A stretch of DNA of 33,963 nucleotides, from positions 1 to 33,963 of the forward strand of contig JALWSW010000235.1 in the NCBI GenBank assembly GCA_027080125.1, read 5' to 3'. Of this stretch, positions 1 through 9,819 are shown piece after piece. Made by a program: the position numbers and the translations under genes. A model generated the notes under the pieces. That model saw only the letters and a list, made by a program, of their open reading frames with translations, was not told where the DNA came from and searched no databases. The number at the start of each line of letters is the position of its first letter. Within the stretch, counting starts at the first letter, position 1. The stretch is from Campylobacterales bacterium (GTDB lineage: Bacteria > Campylobacterota_A > Desulfurellia > JAADFJ01).

Positions 1-1
1 G

Positions 2-1288
2 GATCTGATAAGGGCTGATTCCGGACAGGTCATAGGTGTTGTGACGTGGAATATGGTTGATGGCGGCATCAATATCTTTTTTGGCAAAGCTGTGATATTT
101 GCTACCGGTGGCAACACAAGAAACTTCAGAACAAACACCAATGCTCATATCAATACCGGTGATGGATTATCTATTGTGATGCGTGCAGGAATTCCAGTTG
201 AGGACCCTGAATATATTCAGTTTCATCCGACCGGAATTTATGGGATCGGCAATCTTATTACCGAAGGAGTAAGAGGAGAAGGAGGATACCTTCTTAATTC
301 CGAAGGTGAGCGCTTTATGAAAAAATACGCTCCGCACGTTCTTGATCTTGCAAGTAGGGATGTTGTCAGTCGAGGTATGGCTCAGGAAATAAGAGATGGA
401 AGAGGCGTAGGACCTAAAAAAGATCATATGCTTTTAAAACTTGATCATCTCGGGCATGATTTTATCATGGATAAATTGCCCGGTATATGGGAATTGACAT
501 ATAAATTTACCGGTATTGACTGTACCAAGGATCCAATTCCGGTTGAGCCGACTGCTCATTATCATATGGGAGGAATTCCTACAAACCTGTTTGCTCAGGT
601 TGTTGTTCCTGAGGGAGATGAGTATGAAAAACCAATTCCGGGTTTTTACGCTGCGGGAGAATGTGCCTGCGCATCTGTTCACGGTTCCAACAGATTAGGC
701 AGCAATTCGATGCTTGATCTTGTGGTAACAGGAACTCAGGCAGGGCGTCAGGCATCCAAATGGATACTTGAGAATGACATTGAGCTTCCGACGCCTCCGG
801 TTGAATATCTTGCCGATAAAACCGCCGGTGATACCATAAAAAAGATTAACAATCTGTTTGATTCGGATGGCAGCGTAAAGATGGATGAGATATGGGAAAA
901 GCTTCGCGATAGTATGTCGAACAATATGGGCGTCTTCAGAACCGAAGAAAGCCTTACAAATCAACTAAATCTTTTGGCTGATTTGAGAGAAAAATATAAA
1001 AATATTGGCATACAGGATAAGGGACTGTCGTTTAATCTTGATCTTATCGAGACACTGGAGTTAGGTTCGCTGCTGGATGTTTCTCTTGTCGAAACCGCGG
1101 CGGCTTTAAACAGAACCGAAAGCAGAGGCGCTCATTACAGGGATGATTATCCGGAGCGAAATGATAAAGAATGGTTGAACCATACCTTAACCTTCTTGAA
1201 TGATGATAAGGTTGAAATTAAATACAAGCCTGTACGCATGAAAGCTATCACAGCTCCTACATTTCAACCTAAAAAACGTGTTTACTAA
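2..1288 (+). CDS. sdhA: Succinate dehydrogenase/fumarate reductase flavoprotein subunit, C-terminal 428 aa (5' end outside window)
   Basis: The frame is open from base 2, with no stop upstream of the track's GTG at 41, so the true start is off-window. Translation shows SdhA/FrdA hallmarks: HPTG, EGVRGEGG, HYHMGGIPT, HGSNRLGSNS, SRGAHYRDDYPERND. The Fe-S subunit gene follows after 12 nt. Confidence 0.9.
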   Translation, partial: DLIRADSGQVIGVVTWNMVDGGINIFFGKAVIFATGGNTRNFRTNTNAHINTGDGLSIVMRAGIPVEDPEYIQFHPTGIYGIGNLITEGVRGEGGYLLNSEGERFMKKYAPHVLDLASRDVVSRGMAQEIRDGRGVGPKKDHMLLKLDHLGHDFIMDKLPGIWELTYKFTGIDCTKDPIPVEPTAHYHMGGIPTNLFAQVVVPEGDEYEKPIPGFYAAGECACASVHGSNRLGSNSMLDLVVTGTQAGRQASKWILENDIELPTPPVEYLADKTAGDTIKKINNLFDSDGSVKMDEIWEKLRDSMSNNMGVFRTEESLTNQLNLLADLREKYKNIGIQDKGLSFNLDLIETLELGSLLDVSLVETAAALNRTESRGAHYRDDYPERNDKEWLNHTLTFLNDDKVEIKYKPVRMKAITAPTFQPKKRVY

Positions 1289-1300
1289 GGGAGGCAGATA

Positions 1301-2023
1301 ATGTCATTAGCCGTAGGTGATAAAATTACATTCAGAATTGCGCGCTTTAATCCTGAGACTGACAAAAAGGAACATTATGAGGATTATGAGGTAGAGTATA
1401 GAAAAGACGGGATGATGGTTCTTGACGGATTAAATCAGATAAGGTGGGAGCAAGACGGAACATTGTCATATCGAAGAAGTTGCAGAGAAGGTGTGTGCGG
1501 TTCTGACGGGATGAATATAAACGGTGTCAATATGGTTTCATGCATGACGCATATCTCCGATCTCAAAAGCAGCGTTATAACAATAAGGCCGCTTCCCGGT
1601 TTTCCCGTTGTAAAAGATCTTGTTTGCGATATGACCGATTTCTTTAATAAATATTATGTTGTAAAACCGTATCTGGTTGAGAAAACCCCGCCACCGGGCG
1701 AGGAAAGACTTCAATCAATTGAGGACAGAGACAAACTCAACGGACTTTATGAGTGTATTTTGTGTGCCTGTTGCTCAAGCTCGTGTCCGTCTTATTGGGC
1801 TGACCCGGATTATCTTGGTCCATCTGCGCTGATAAATGCGGCGAGGTTTGTTTTTGATTCCCGCGATGAAGGCAAAGACGAACGTCTTGATATTCTGAAT
1901 GATAAACATGGCGTCTGGAGATGTCATACTATAATGAACTGCATTCCTGCTTGCCCTAAAGAGCTGAATCCAACTAAAGCCATAGCGGCTTTGCAACAGG
2001 CTATAGTAAGCAGGAAATATTAA
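1301..2023 (+). CDS. sdhB: Succinate dehydrogenase/fumarate reductase iron-sulfur subunit
   Basis: 240 aa. It has the 2Fe-2S motif CREGVCGSDG and the cysteine clusters CILCACCSSSCP and CHTIMNCIPACP typical of SdhB/FrdB. GGGAGG lies just upstream of the ATG. Confidence 0.9.
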   Translation: MSLAVGDKITFRIARFNPETDKKEHYEDYEVEYRKDGMMVLDGLNQIRWEQDGTLSYRRSCREGVCGSDGMNINGVNMVSCMTHISDLKSSVITIRPLPGFPVVKDLVCDMTDFFNKYYVVKPYLVEKTPPPGEERLQSIEDRDKLNGLYECILCACCSSSCPSYWADPDYLGPSALINAARFVFDSRDEGKDERLDILNDKHGVWRCHTIMNCIPACPKELNPTKAIAALQQAIVSRKY

Positions 2024-2047
2024 ACCGGTTTCATAGATTTAAGAATC

Positions 2048-2085
2048 AAAAGAGCCCCTGTAAAATTACAGAGGCTCTTTTTTCT
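2048..2085 (+). terminator. Rho-independent terminator after sdhB
   Basis: About 12-bp stem (AGAGCCcCTGTA / TACAGaGGCTCT, one mismatch), 4-nt loop, followed by TTTTTT. It sits 25 nt after the sdhB stop. Confidence 0.8.
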
Positions 2086-2303
2086 TGTCACTTGGAAAGT
2101 ATTAGCAGAGCGTCAGCCTCCTTACGCCCAATACCAGAGATCCAGCACATATCATTTTACCAAAAACCTAATGACTAACTATGAGATTGCCACACTTACT
2201 TGCGTTGTGTGCAATGACGTCCGAACCAGTCACTGCGAGGCTTAGCCGACGCAGTCCCAAACTCTTGTCACTGCGATCCAGCACTTTTGCAGAAGTGCTT
2301 GAT
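2083..2303. repeat. Cluster of degenerate REP-like palindromic units and short direct repeats
   Basis: Three hairpin-capable units at 2183-2218 (GAGATTGCcacac...gtgtGCAATGAC), 2229-2258 (stem ACTGCG/CGCAGT) and 2267-2303 (stem AGCACTT/AAGTGCT). Direct repeats TCTTGTCACT (2083-2092, 2263-2272), GATCCAGCAC (2139-2148, 2275-2284) and GTCACTGCGA (2229-2238, 2267-2276). Confidence 0.5.
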
Positions 2304-2384
2304 AAACAGTCTCATAAAAAATTCCAAATGGTACAGATAAGACCCGTATGTTTTGCCTAACATGGCGGATTTGATATCGTTCTA

Positions 2385-2412
2385 TTGACAATTAAAGTAA
2401 GTTTCCTAATAT
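2385..2412 (+). promoter_or_regulatory. Candidate sigma70 promoter for the typA string
   Basis: TTGACA (2385-2390), 16-nt spacer, TAATAT (2407-2412). AGGAGG at 2421-2426 and the TTG start at 2433 follow. Confidence 0.5.
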
Positions 2413-2432
2413 CTTTTCTCAGGAGGAGTTAA

Positions 2433-4253
2433 TTGAAAATAAAAAATATTGCGATAATAAGTCATGTGGATCATGGAAAAACTACGCTTGTTGATTGTCT
2501 GTTGCGTTTTTCCGGTAATCTCAGGGAAACAGGAGAGCGCATACTGGATTCCAACGAGCTTGAGCGTGAAAAAGGGATAACCATACTTTCAAAGGTTGCA
2601 TCGGTTCGATATAAAGATTATAAAATCAATATTGTCGATACGCCCGGGCATGCGGATTTCGGCGGCGAGGTCGAGCGCATATTGAATATGGTTGACGGGG
2701 TTTTTCTTCTTGTGGATGCGGTTGAAGGTCCTATGCCTCAAACAAAGTTTCTTCTCGGGAAGGCTTTAAAATACGGATTTCTGCCAATAGTTGTCATCAA
2801 CAAAATAGACAAGAAGGACGCGATGCCTGATGAGATTGCCGGCAGGGTTTTTGATCTGTTTTATAATTTAGGCGCCAGCTCAGAGCAGCTCGATTTTCCC
2901 ATTCTCTATACTTCAGCCAAAAGGGGCTATGCGCTTTATGAACTTTCAGATGAGAGAAAGGACTTTGTGCCGTTTTTTGAAACCGTAATAAAATATGTTC
3001 CGGCTCCGCAATCAGACAGCGAAAAACCGCTTCAACTTCAGATAAGCCTTATCGATTATGATGAATATCTCGGAAGGCTTGGCATAGGCAGGATTAAAAA
3101 CGGAGTGATTGGAATAAACGAATCAATTCTTGCGGTCTATCCTGACGGGAAACGCGAGAATGCAAGAATTATAAAGCTTTTTGGTTTTCAGGGCAACAAG
3201 CGGGTTGCAATTGAGAAGGCATCCGCAGGCGATATTGTGGCAGTAAGCGGAATTTCCGATATTGATGTCGGGGTTACTCTGACTGATGTTTCCCACCCGA
3301 TGCCGCTTGAGCCGTTTCATATCGACGAGCCGACCCTCTCAGCCATATTTTCTGTCAATGACAGCCCGTTTGCGGGCAAGGACGGGAAATATGTTACGGC
3401 AAACAAGCTGAAGGAGCGCCTTATAAAGGAGGCAAGAACCAATGTGAGCATACGATATCGCGAGCTTGACTCCAACAGATATGAGATAGTAACAAGAGGA
3501 GAGCTTCAGCTTGCCGTGATTATGGAGCAGATGAGAAGAGAAGGATATGAATTTTCGGTATCGGCTCCGAGGGTGGTTATTAAAGAGGAAAATGGAAAAA
3601 GATTGGAACCGATACTTAACTTCACCGCTGAGGTGAGTCCTGATTATGTGGGTGCGGTTATAGAGGAGCTTTCCAGAAGAAAAGCCTCGATAAATAATAT
3701 AGAACAGGTTTCCGAAAATATGTCAAGAATCACAGGCACAATTCCAACAAGAGGATCGCTTGGCTATCATCACCGGTTTTTAACCGATACTCACGGAGAG
3801 GGAATTATCTATTTCAGTTTCAACGGCTATCAGGAATACAAAGGTGAGATTAACACCAAAAAATACCACTCTCTGGCAGCGTTTGAGACCGGACGTGTAA
3901 CTTCGTATGCTCTCAATAATCTGGAAAAGCGAGGCGAGTTTTATGTTGCGCCCGGGGATCAGGTGTATCAGGGACAGATTGTCGGTTTTACCGCCGTTGA
4001 TCATGATATTGACATAAATGTATGCAAGAAAAAGAACCTGACTAATATGAGAGCGGCAGCAGCCGATGAAACGGTGGTGATAAAGCCTCCGGTAAAGTTT
4101 AATCTTGAGAAGGCGCTTGAAATTGTAGCAGATGATCAAGAGATTGAGGTGACTCCCAATGCAATTCGTCTGCGCTTTAAGGTTTTGAATCCGAATGCAA
4201 GAAAAAAGATTGCAAAAGGAAAGGAGTGGCGAGGTGAGAGTTCTGTCGCTTGA
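2433..4253 (+). CDS. typA: Translational GTPase TypA/BipA
   Basis: 606 aa with a TTG start 7 nt after AGGAGG. G-domain motifs [20 protein letters not shown] and NKID. The overall EF-G-like layout and C-terminal region are typical of BipA. Confidence 0.93.
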   Translation: MKIKNIAIISHVDHGKTTLVDCLLRFSGNLRETGERILDSNELEREKGITILSKVASVRYKDYKINIVDTPGHADFGGEVERILNMVDGVFLLVDAVEGPMPQTKFLLGKALKYGFLPIVVINKIDKKDAMPDEIAGRVFDLFYNLGASSEQLDFPILYTSAKRGYALYELSDERKDFVPFFETVIKYVPAPQSDSEKPLQLQISLIDYDEYLGRLGIGRIKNGVIGINESILAVYPDGKRENARIIKLFGFQGNKRVAIEKASAGDIVAVSGISDIDVGVTLTDVSHPMPLEPFHIDEPTLSAIFSVNDSPFAGKDGKYVTANKLKERLIKEARTNVSIRYRELDSNRYEIVTRGELQLAVIMEQMRREGYEFSVSAPRVVIKEENGKRLEPILNFTAEVSPDYVGAVIEELSRRKASINNIEQVSENMSRITGTIPTRGSLGYHHRFLTDTHGEGIIYFSFNGYQEYKGEINTKKYHSLAAFETGRVTSYALNNLEKRGEFYVAPGDQVYQGQIVGFTAVDHDIDINVCKKKNLTNMRAAAADETVVIKPPVKFNLEKALEIVADDQEIEVTPNAIRLRFKVLNPNARKKIAKGKEWRGESSVA

Positions 4254-4656
4254 TGTAGGTGATAGAACTGTGGGAGTTGCGGTAAGCGATCCCACCGGTG
4301 TTATAGCTACCCCTGTTGTTACTATAAAAAGAGGGGAAAGCGTTGATAGGGATATTGAGGAGATTGTATCTTTGGCAAATGCTTATGAGGTTGGTGAGAT
4401 TGTAGTCGGCTTGCCTATTAGCTTGGGAAACAGGCAGACGGCTCAGACACGGAAAGTAACCGAATTCACAGAAAGATTAAAAGAATCCATACAGATTCCG
4501 GTGGTTTATTATGATGAGCGCTATACCACTAAAATCGCTCATTCGGTACTTTATGAGGCTGGCATCAAAAGTAGACATCACAAAAAGGTTGTAGACCAAC
4601 TGTCTGCGGTAATTATACTTGAGGATTTTCTGGAATCTCGCCGTAATCGGAATTGA
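4234..4656 (+). CDS. ruvX: YqgF/RuvX family putative pre-16S rRNA nuclease (Holliday-junction resolvase-like)
   Basis: I place the start at the in-frame GTG at 4234, giving [19 protein letters not shown], the canonical family N-terminus. AAGGAG lies 7 nt upstream (4221-4226). The track's ATG at 4195 would add 13 residues from inside typA. Confidence 0.85.
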   Translation: MRVLSLDVGDRTVGVAVSDPTGVIATPVVTIKRGESVDRDIEEIVSLANAYEVGEIVVGLPISLGNRQTAQTRKVTEFTERLKESIQIPVVYYDERYTTKIAHSVLYEAGIKSRHHKKVVDQLSAVIILEDFLESRRNRN

Positions 4657-5579
4657 AAAAGATACTTATAATTCAGATAGCTTTCGGAATAGTAATAACG
4701 GCGTCCTTAGGGCTTGTATTGCTGAAATATATCTCATATTTTCATCAAAAAATCGATGTGGCAGAAGTGCGTGTTGTGGTGAAAAAGAATGAGCCTGTAA
4801 GCAAGCTGATAAAAGAGCTCGGCAAAAAGGGCGTAATCAGAAATCCGTCCTGGCTATGGTATTACTACAAGGTTGCAAAAACAAATATTCAGGCTGGAGT
4901 TTACCGTTTTTCAGGGAAAATATCTCCGTTTGATGTTGTAAAAAAATTAAAAGAGGGCAAGGTAGAGACGATTTCTTTGACCTTTCCTGAAGGGATCACC
5001 GCTCAGGAGGTCATCAGAAAGCTTGAGGAAAACAAGGTGATAGAAAGAGGAGCGATAGGGAAAGAGATCTATCCTTTTCTGGAGGGCTATCTTTTTCCCG
5101 ATACATATCAATTTAAAATAGGAGAAGGAGCCAGAAAGGCGATTGAAAAGATGATTGTTCGTTTTCAGCAAAAAATGAAACGGTTTGGCTTTGCCGATAA
5201 GCAGCTGAGAGAGAACCTAATCATTGCATCTTTGATTGAAAAAGAATCGGTTTCAGACGGAGCAAAGGTAAGTGAGGTAATACATAACAGGTTAAAGCTC
5301 AATATGCCGCTTGGATTGGATTCGGCTTTGGAGTATGCTCTTGGCAGAACCAGGCTGAAACGTTCCGATTTTTACCTTGATACGCCTTATAATCTTTACA
5401 AAAGAAAAGGTTTGCCTCCTACGCCTATATGCAATCCGTCTCTAAAGGCAATCGAATATTCCAATGATGCACCCTCAGGCAACCTGTTGTATTTTTTGAG
5501 CTATAACGGATCGACCTTCTTCTTTACAAACTATAGGAAGGAAAAAGAATGGATAAGAACGCGCAGCCGCAGAAATTAG
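4653..5579 (+). CDS. mltG: Endolytic murein transglycosylase MltG (YceG family)
   Basis: 308 aa. N-terminal TM helix followed by a YceG-like domain (EGYLFPDTY, IIASLIEKE, GLPPTPICNP). The TTG start overlaps the ruvX stop (TTGA). Confidence 0.85.
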   Translation: MKKILIIQIAFGIVITASLGLVLLKYISYFHQKIDVAEVRVVVKKNEPVSKLIKELGKKGVIRNPSWLWYYYKVAKTNIQAGVYRFSGKISPFDVVKKLKEGKVETISLTFPEGITAQEVIRKLEENKVIERGAIGKEIYPFLEGYLFPDTYQFKIGEGARKAIEKMIVRFQQKMKRFGFADKQLRENLIIASLIEKESVSDGAKVSEVIHNRLKLNMPLGLDSALEYALGRTRLKRSDFYLDTPYNLYKRKGLPPTPICNPSLKAIEYSNDAPSGNLLYFLSYNGSTFFFTNYRKEKEWIRTRSRRN

Positions 5580-6829
5580 CATATATCAAAACATTCGGTT
5601 GTCAGATGAATTTTCATGACAGTGATATCATAGCCGAGCTGCTCAGACAGGCGGATTTTTCGATTGTTGAAAAGGCCGATGATGCGGATACGATAATCTT
5701 TAATACCTGCACCGTCAGAGATCATGCTGAGAACAAATTTTATAGTGAGCTTGGGAGATATTCTAAATCAGGCAAAAAGATTGTTGTTGCCGGATGTCTT
5801 TCGCAGATAGAGGGTCGCGGTTTGATGAGACGAGCTCCGTTTGTGCATGCAGTTGTGGGACCTCAATATATTTATGAGATTCCCTCAATAATTGATGCCG
5901 GAAAGGTCGTGCTTACCGGCGATAATCCTGAATTTTATCTAAATAGTCAACCGAGTGTTGGAAAACTTTCAGCTTCTGTCAATATTATGTATGGCTGCAG
6001 CCGGTTTTGCAGCTATTGTATTGTTCCTTACACAAGGGGTAAAGAGGTTTCACGCAAACCTGAGGATATATACAATGAAATAAACGGTATTGCTCAGGCT
6101 GGAGCGCGTGAGATTATTCTGCTTGGTCAGAATGTAAATGCATACAGATACGAAGAGACCGATTTTGCCGCCTTGCTTAAGATGGTTGCAAAAATTCCAG
6201 GCATTTCCAGGATAAAGTTTCTCTCGCCCAATCCGGCAAGCATGACCGACAGGCAGATAAGAGAAATCGGATCTATACCTAAATGTGTACCGCATATCCA
6301 TCTTCCGCTTCAATCCGGCTCGGATAGAATTCTCAAACTTATGAAGCGCGGTTACAACAGCAAAACCTATATGAAAAAGGTTGAAAAAATTGAAAATTAT
6401 ATTAAAGATGCTATATTAACAACTGACATTATTGTTGGTTTCCCGACCGAAACCGAAGATGATTTTCGGCAGACACTAAAAATCGTTGGAGATGTTGGGT
6501 TTTTCAACAGTTTTATGTTTTGCTACTCTAAAAGAAGAGGCACGGAGGCAAGTTTGATGGAATCTCAGGTTGACACGGAGTTATCGAAGGAGAGGCTTGC
6601 AAGATTGATGGAGTTTCAGGAAAAGATAACTGCAAAGAAACTGACAAAATATAAAGGGCGGATTGTGTCGGTGTTTGTGGATAAACGGAAAAAAGGCGGA
6701 TTTTCAGGAAGAACCCGACAGGATATTGTTGTTAATATAGAAAGCGACAAAGAACTTTTTGGGAAATTTGTTCCGATTGAGATTTATGAGATATCAAAGC
6801 ATACATTGAAAGGGCGTGAAATTGCGTGA
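5549..6829 (+). CDS. miaB: tRNA methylthiotransferase MiaB (radical SAM)
   Basis: 426 aa. N-terminal FGCQMN motif, radical-SAM CSRFCSYC (CxxxCxxC) and a C-terminal TRAM-like segment. AGGAAGGA lies upstream of the ATG. Confidence 0.85.
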   Translation: MDKNAQPQKLAYIKTFGCQMNFHDSDIIAELLRQADFSIVEKADDADTIIFNTCTVRDHAENKFYSELGRYSKSGKKIVVAGCLSQIEGRGLMRRAPFVHAVVGPQYIYEIPSIIDAGKVVLTGDNPEFYLNSQPSVGKLSASVNIMYGCSRFCSYCIVPYTRGKEVSRKPEDIYNEINGIAQAGAREIILLGQNVNAYRYEETDFAALLKMVAKIPGISRIKFLSPNPASMTDRQIREIGSIPKCVPHIHLPLQSGSDRILKLMKRGYNSKTYMKKVEKIENYIKDAILTTDIIVGFPTETEDDFRQTLKIVGDVGFFNSFMFCYSKRRGTEASLMESQVDTELSKERLARLMEFQEKITAKKLTKYKGRIVSVFVDKRKKGGFSGRTRQDIVVNIESDKELFGKFVPIEIYEISKHTLKGREIA

Positions 6830-7265
6830 GATAGCGATCGTTGATACGGTTTTTGATGAGATTAACAACTGTGCCTATCTGATTTTAAGAGATGCCGACG
6901 AGCATTTTCAACTTCAGGTAACCAAAGATATCGGTAAAAAGGTAGCGTTGCTTTTATACAATGCATTTCCTAGCGATGAGAAGAGTATATACAGTAGTTT
7001 TGTAAAACTTGTTAATGAGTTTGGTTTTCAAATTATCTCGGTTATATTGCTGCCTAATCTGAAAAGCGGTGACCTTGCCAGAATAGTTATATCCAATGGT
7101 GAGCAAACCATAGAACTATTTATCGACAGCGAAGATGCAATTTTGGTTGCGCTTATCTCCTCGGCGGTAATTTTTATCGATTATGATGAGGAAAGGGAAG
7201 AAAAGGAAGACATCGAAAAGACTCTTCTATCCAATTGGTATAATTTTTTCTCAAAGGTTTTGTGA
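6816..7265 (+). CDS. Hypothetical protein, divergent bifunctional-nuclease (DUF151/BFN)-like
   Basis: 149 aa with a GTG start overlapping miaB by 14 nt. Weak by-eye resemblance to the DUF151 layout (AYLILRD...QLQV...VALLL; IDSEDAILVALISSAVIFI versus the family's IDSRPSDAI.LA...PI.V), plus an acidic tail. Not verified by any search. Confidence 0.45.
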   Translation: MKLREIAIVDTVFDEINNCAYLILRDADEHFQLQVTKDIGKKVALLLYNAFPSDEKSIYSSFVKLVNEFGFQIISVILLPNLKSGDLARIVISNGEQTIELFIDSEDAILVALISSAVIFIDYDEEREEKEDIEKTLLSNWYNFFSKVL

Positions 7266-7307
7266 AGACAAGATTCTATTCAATCGATTATCCTGAAACT
7301 TTTTTAT

Positions 7308-8312
7308 ATGCTAAATCGATATTATGATAATTTTTTGAATCCCAGAGCCGTCAGGTCAGATGATGCCAAAAGATGGAAGTCTGAGGCTGATGATCCTATA
7401 CGCACTCCGTATGCGGTTGATCGCGATCGCATTCTTTATAGCAAGGCGTTCAGAAGATTGAAACATAAAACACAGGTTTTTATTGCTCCGGAAGGAGATC
7501 ATTTTATCAGCCGGCTGACTCACACCCTGGAGGTATCGCAGATTGCCAGAACCATAGCAAAGGGACTGAGACTTAATGAAGAACTGTGTGAGGCAATTGC
7601 ACTGGGGCATGATCTCGGGCACACCCCTTTTGGTCATGCAGGCGAGGAGGCTTTGAAAGAGATAACCGGAGGAAGTTTTACTCACGCAAGGCAGTCTTTG
7701 CGTGTTATTGATAAGATTGAGAATGGCGGGGCAGGTTTAAATCTTACTTTTCAGACAAGAAACGGGATAGCGCTTCATTCAAAAGGGCAGGGTGCCATTA
7801 TTTCTTCAGATAATAAGATGATGCCCAACACCCTTGAAGGTCAGATAGTCAGAATTGCTGATATCATTGCATACACAAATCATGATACCGCGGATGCGAT
7901 ACGTTCCTCTTTGATTACCGAAGAGCAGCTTCCGCTTGAGGTAAAAGAGCTTTTGGGTCGAACCCATTCGAAGCGAATTGCCACGATGGTAATAGATGTA
8001 ATTAAGAGTACAACAAAAAACGGTTACAAGCAGGTTACAATGAGCGATAATCTGCTTGAGGCGCTGAGTCTTTTCAGATCATTTTTATACAAAACGGTTT
8101 ATCAGCATAATGAGGTTAAACGGGAGGCTGAAAAGGCAAAGAAGATTGTTAAAGAGCTGTTTTATTATATTTATGAAAATGAGAAAACTTTTTTAAATAA
8201 AAAAGACAGGATGCAGGCGGTCGTGGATTATATTTCAGGAATGACGGACCAGTTTGCCATCAACTATTATAAGTCCTGTTTTATACCAAAACCTTGGAGA
8301 GAAAATGAGTGA
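7308..8312 (+). CDS. dgt: dGTPase-like HD-domain phosphohydrolase
   Basis: 334 aa. Motifs R..F.RD.DRI..S.AFRRL..KTQV, then RLTHTLEV and GHDLGHTPFGHAGE, typical of the dGTP triphosphohydrolase-like family. Confidence 0.8.
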   Translation: MLNRYYDNFLNPRAVRSDDAKRWKSEADDPIRTPYAVDRDRILYSKAFRRLKHKTQVFIAPEGDHFISRLTHTLEVSQIARTIAKGLRLNEELCEAIALGHDLGHTPFGHAGEEALKEITGGSFTHARQSLRVIDKIENGGAGLNLTFQTRNGIALHSKGQGAIISSDNKMMPNTLEGQIVRIADIIAYTNHDTADAIRSSLITEEQLPLEVKELLGRTHSKRIATMVIDVIKSTTKNGYKQVTMSDNLLEALSLFRSFLYKTVYQHNEVKREAEKAKKIVKELFYYIYENEKTFLNKKDRMQAVVDYISGMTDQFAINYYKSCFIPKPWRENE

Positions 8313-9819
8313 TTTAGTTGCAGTTATTGATTTCGGGTCGCAAACTACCCAGTTACTTGCCAGAAGAATCAGAGAGATTGGCGTGTATTCGATTATTATT
8401 CCTTATGATTCTTGGCAGGATATCTACAAATATGATACGAAGGCGGTTGTTCTTTCAGGAGGTCCCTCAAGTATCTATGACAAGGATAGCCCCACTATAC
8501 CTGTAGAAAAAATAGAGCTGCCGATTTTGGGCATCTGTTATGGAATGCAGCTTATTGTCCACCAGCTTGGCGGAAAGATTATAAGTGATGATCAGGAGTA
8601 TGGACCGGCGCATTTGAAGCTTATTGCAGATTCTGTGTTTCTCAAAGGAACTGACGGCTCAACCGTTTGGATGAGTCATAAAGATAGGGTTGAAGCGATT
8701 CCTGAGGGATTTAAAACAGTTGGAATTACCAATAGTATCAAGTATGCGGCAGTCGAGAATAACAGAAAAAAAATTTACGGGATACAGTTTCATCCGGAGG
8801 TTACCCATACTGAACTTGGCAAACAGATTCTGAAAAATTTTGTCATCGATATTGCCGGTGCTTCGGCAGATTGGGATATTAAGCGTTTTATATCTGAGAA
8901 AATCAGCTCATTGAACAGAAGTATCGGGGGTAAAAAGGTTCTTGTGGCTGTTTCGGGAGGAGTTGATTCGACCGTTACCGCCCTGCTTCTAAAGCGAGCC
9001 GGAGCTGATGTTGTTCCGGTTTTTATAAACAATGGATTGCTTAGATACAATGAAGAGAAGGTTGTTTTGGGTCAGCTTGAGAAACTCGGACTTTCGGTTG
9101 TTTATGAGGATGCATCGGAGCTGTTTCTTTCGAAACTTAAAGGGGTTCAGAATCCTGAAAAAAAGCGCAAAATTATAGGACATACATTTATAGATATTTT
9201 CACCAAGATTGCCAAAAGACAGAGCGGAATCGAATATCTTGCGCAAGGAACGCTTTATCCTGATGTTATTGAGAGCTCTGTGGTGGGCAAAAACTCCTCT
9301 CTTATAAAAAGTCATCATAATGTTGGAGGGTTGCCCGAAAAATTGGGATTTAAACTTGTCGAACCGTTGCGCGAGCTGTTTAAGGATGAGGTCAGAGAGC
9401 TTGGCAGGAATTTGGGAATAGCAGAAGAATATATACAGAGGCAGCCGTTTCCCGGACCTGGTCTTGCAATACGTATTATCGGAGAGATTACCAGGCAGAG
9501 ACTCGATATATTAAAAAAAGCCGATAAAATTTTAATTGATGAGATTAAGAAGAACGGATTTTATAATAAGGTTTGGCAATCTTTTGCCGTTTTGCTTCCC
9601 TTGAGGTCTGTGGGAGTAATGGGAGATCACAGAACCTATGATTATACGATTTGCATCAGAATTGTAGATAGCACAGACGGCATGACAGCCGATTGGGTTT
9701 ATCTTCCCGAAGCTGTCTTAAGAAAAATCTCCACCGAAATCATAAATAAAACCGAAGGTATAAACAGGGTGGTTTATGATGTTTCAACCAAACCCCCAAG
9801 TACGATAGAATGGGAATAA
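8305..9819 (+). CDS. guaA: GMP synthase (glutamine-hydrolysing)
   Basis: Start moved to the ATG at 8305 (MSDLVAVIDFGSQ...), the canonical GATase N-terminus. The track's 8254 start lies inside dgt. Motifs: GICYGMQ, the ATP-PPase SGGVDS, and a C-terminal ...PPSTIEWE. Confidence 0.93.
   Translation: MSDLVAVIDFGSQTTQLLARRIREIGVYSIIIPYDSWQDIYKYDTKAVVLSGGPSSIYDKDSPTIPVEKIELPILGICYGMQLIVHQLGGKIISDDQEYGPAHLKLIADSVFLKGTDGSTVWMSHKDRVEAIPEGFKTVGITNSIKYAAVENNRKKIYGIQFHPEVTHTELGKQILKNFVIDIAGASADWDIKRFISEKISSLNRSIGGKKVLVAVSGGVDSTVTALLLKRAGADVVPVFINNGLLRYNEEKVVLGQLEKLGLSVVYEDASELFLSKLKGVQNPEKKRKIIGHTFIDIFTKIAKRQSGIEYLAQGTLYPDVIESSVVGKNSSLIKSHHNVGGLPEKLGFKLVEPLRELFKDEVRELGRNLGIAEEYIQRQPFPGPGLAIRIIGEITRQRLDILKKADKILIDEIKKNGFYNKVWQSFAVLLPLRSVGVMGDHRTYDYTICIRIVDSTDGMTADWVYLPEAVLRKISTEIINKTEGINRVVYDVSTKPPSTIEWE

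Noticed and set aside
2171-2245. 24-codon ORF (MTNYEIATLTCVVCNDVRTSHCEA) in the sdhB-typA spacer
   Set aside because: It runs through the palindromic REP-like units and has no RBS. Such mini-ORFs are a typical artefact of translating palindromic repeats.
4195-4233. Track start codons at 4195 (ruvX), 8254 (guaA) and 29264 (atpA)
   Set aside because: In each case a downstream in-frame start gives the canonical family N-terminus and has a better Shine-Dalgarno sequence: GTG 4234, ATG 8305 and ATG 29252. The upstream extensions lie within the preceding gene or within the RBS.
3780-4295. 171-aa minus-strand ORF antisense to the 3' part of typA
   Set aside because: It is codon-aligned antisense (a shadow frame) to a very confidently identified typA. 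The product is low-complexity and motif-free, and I saw no upstream RBS.
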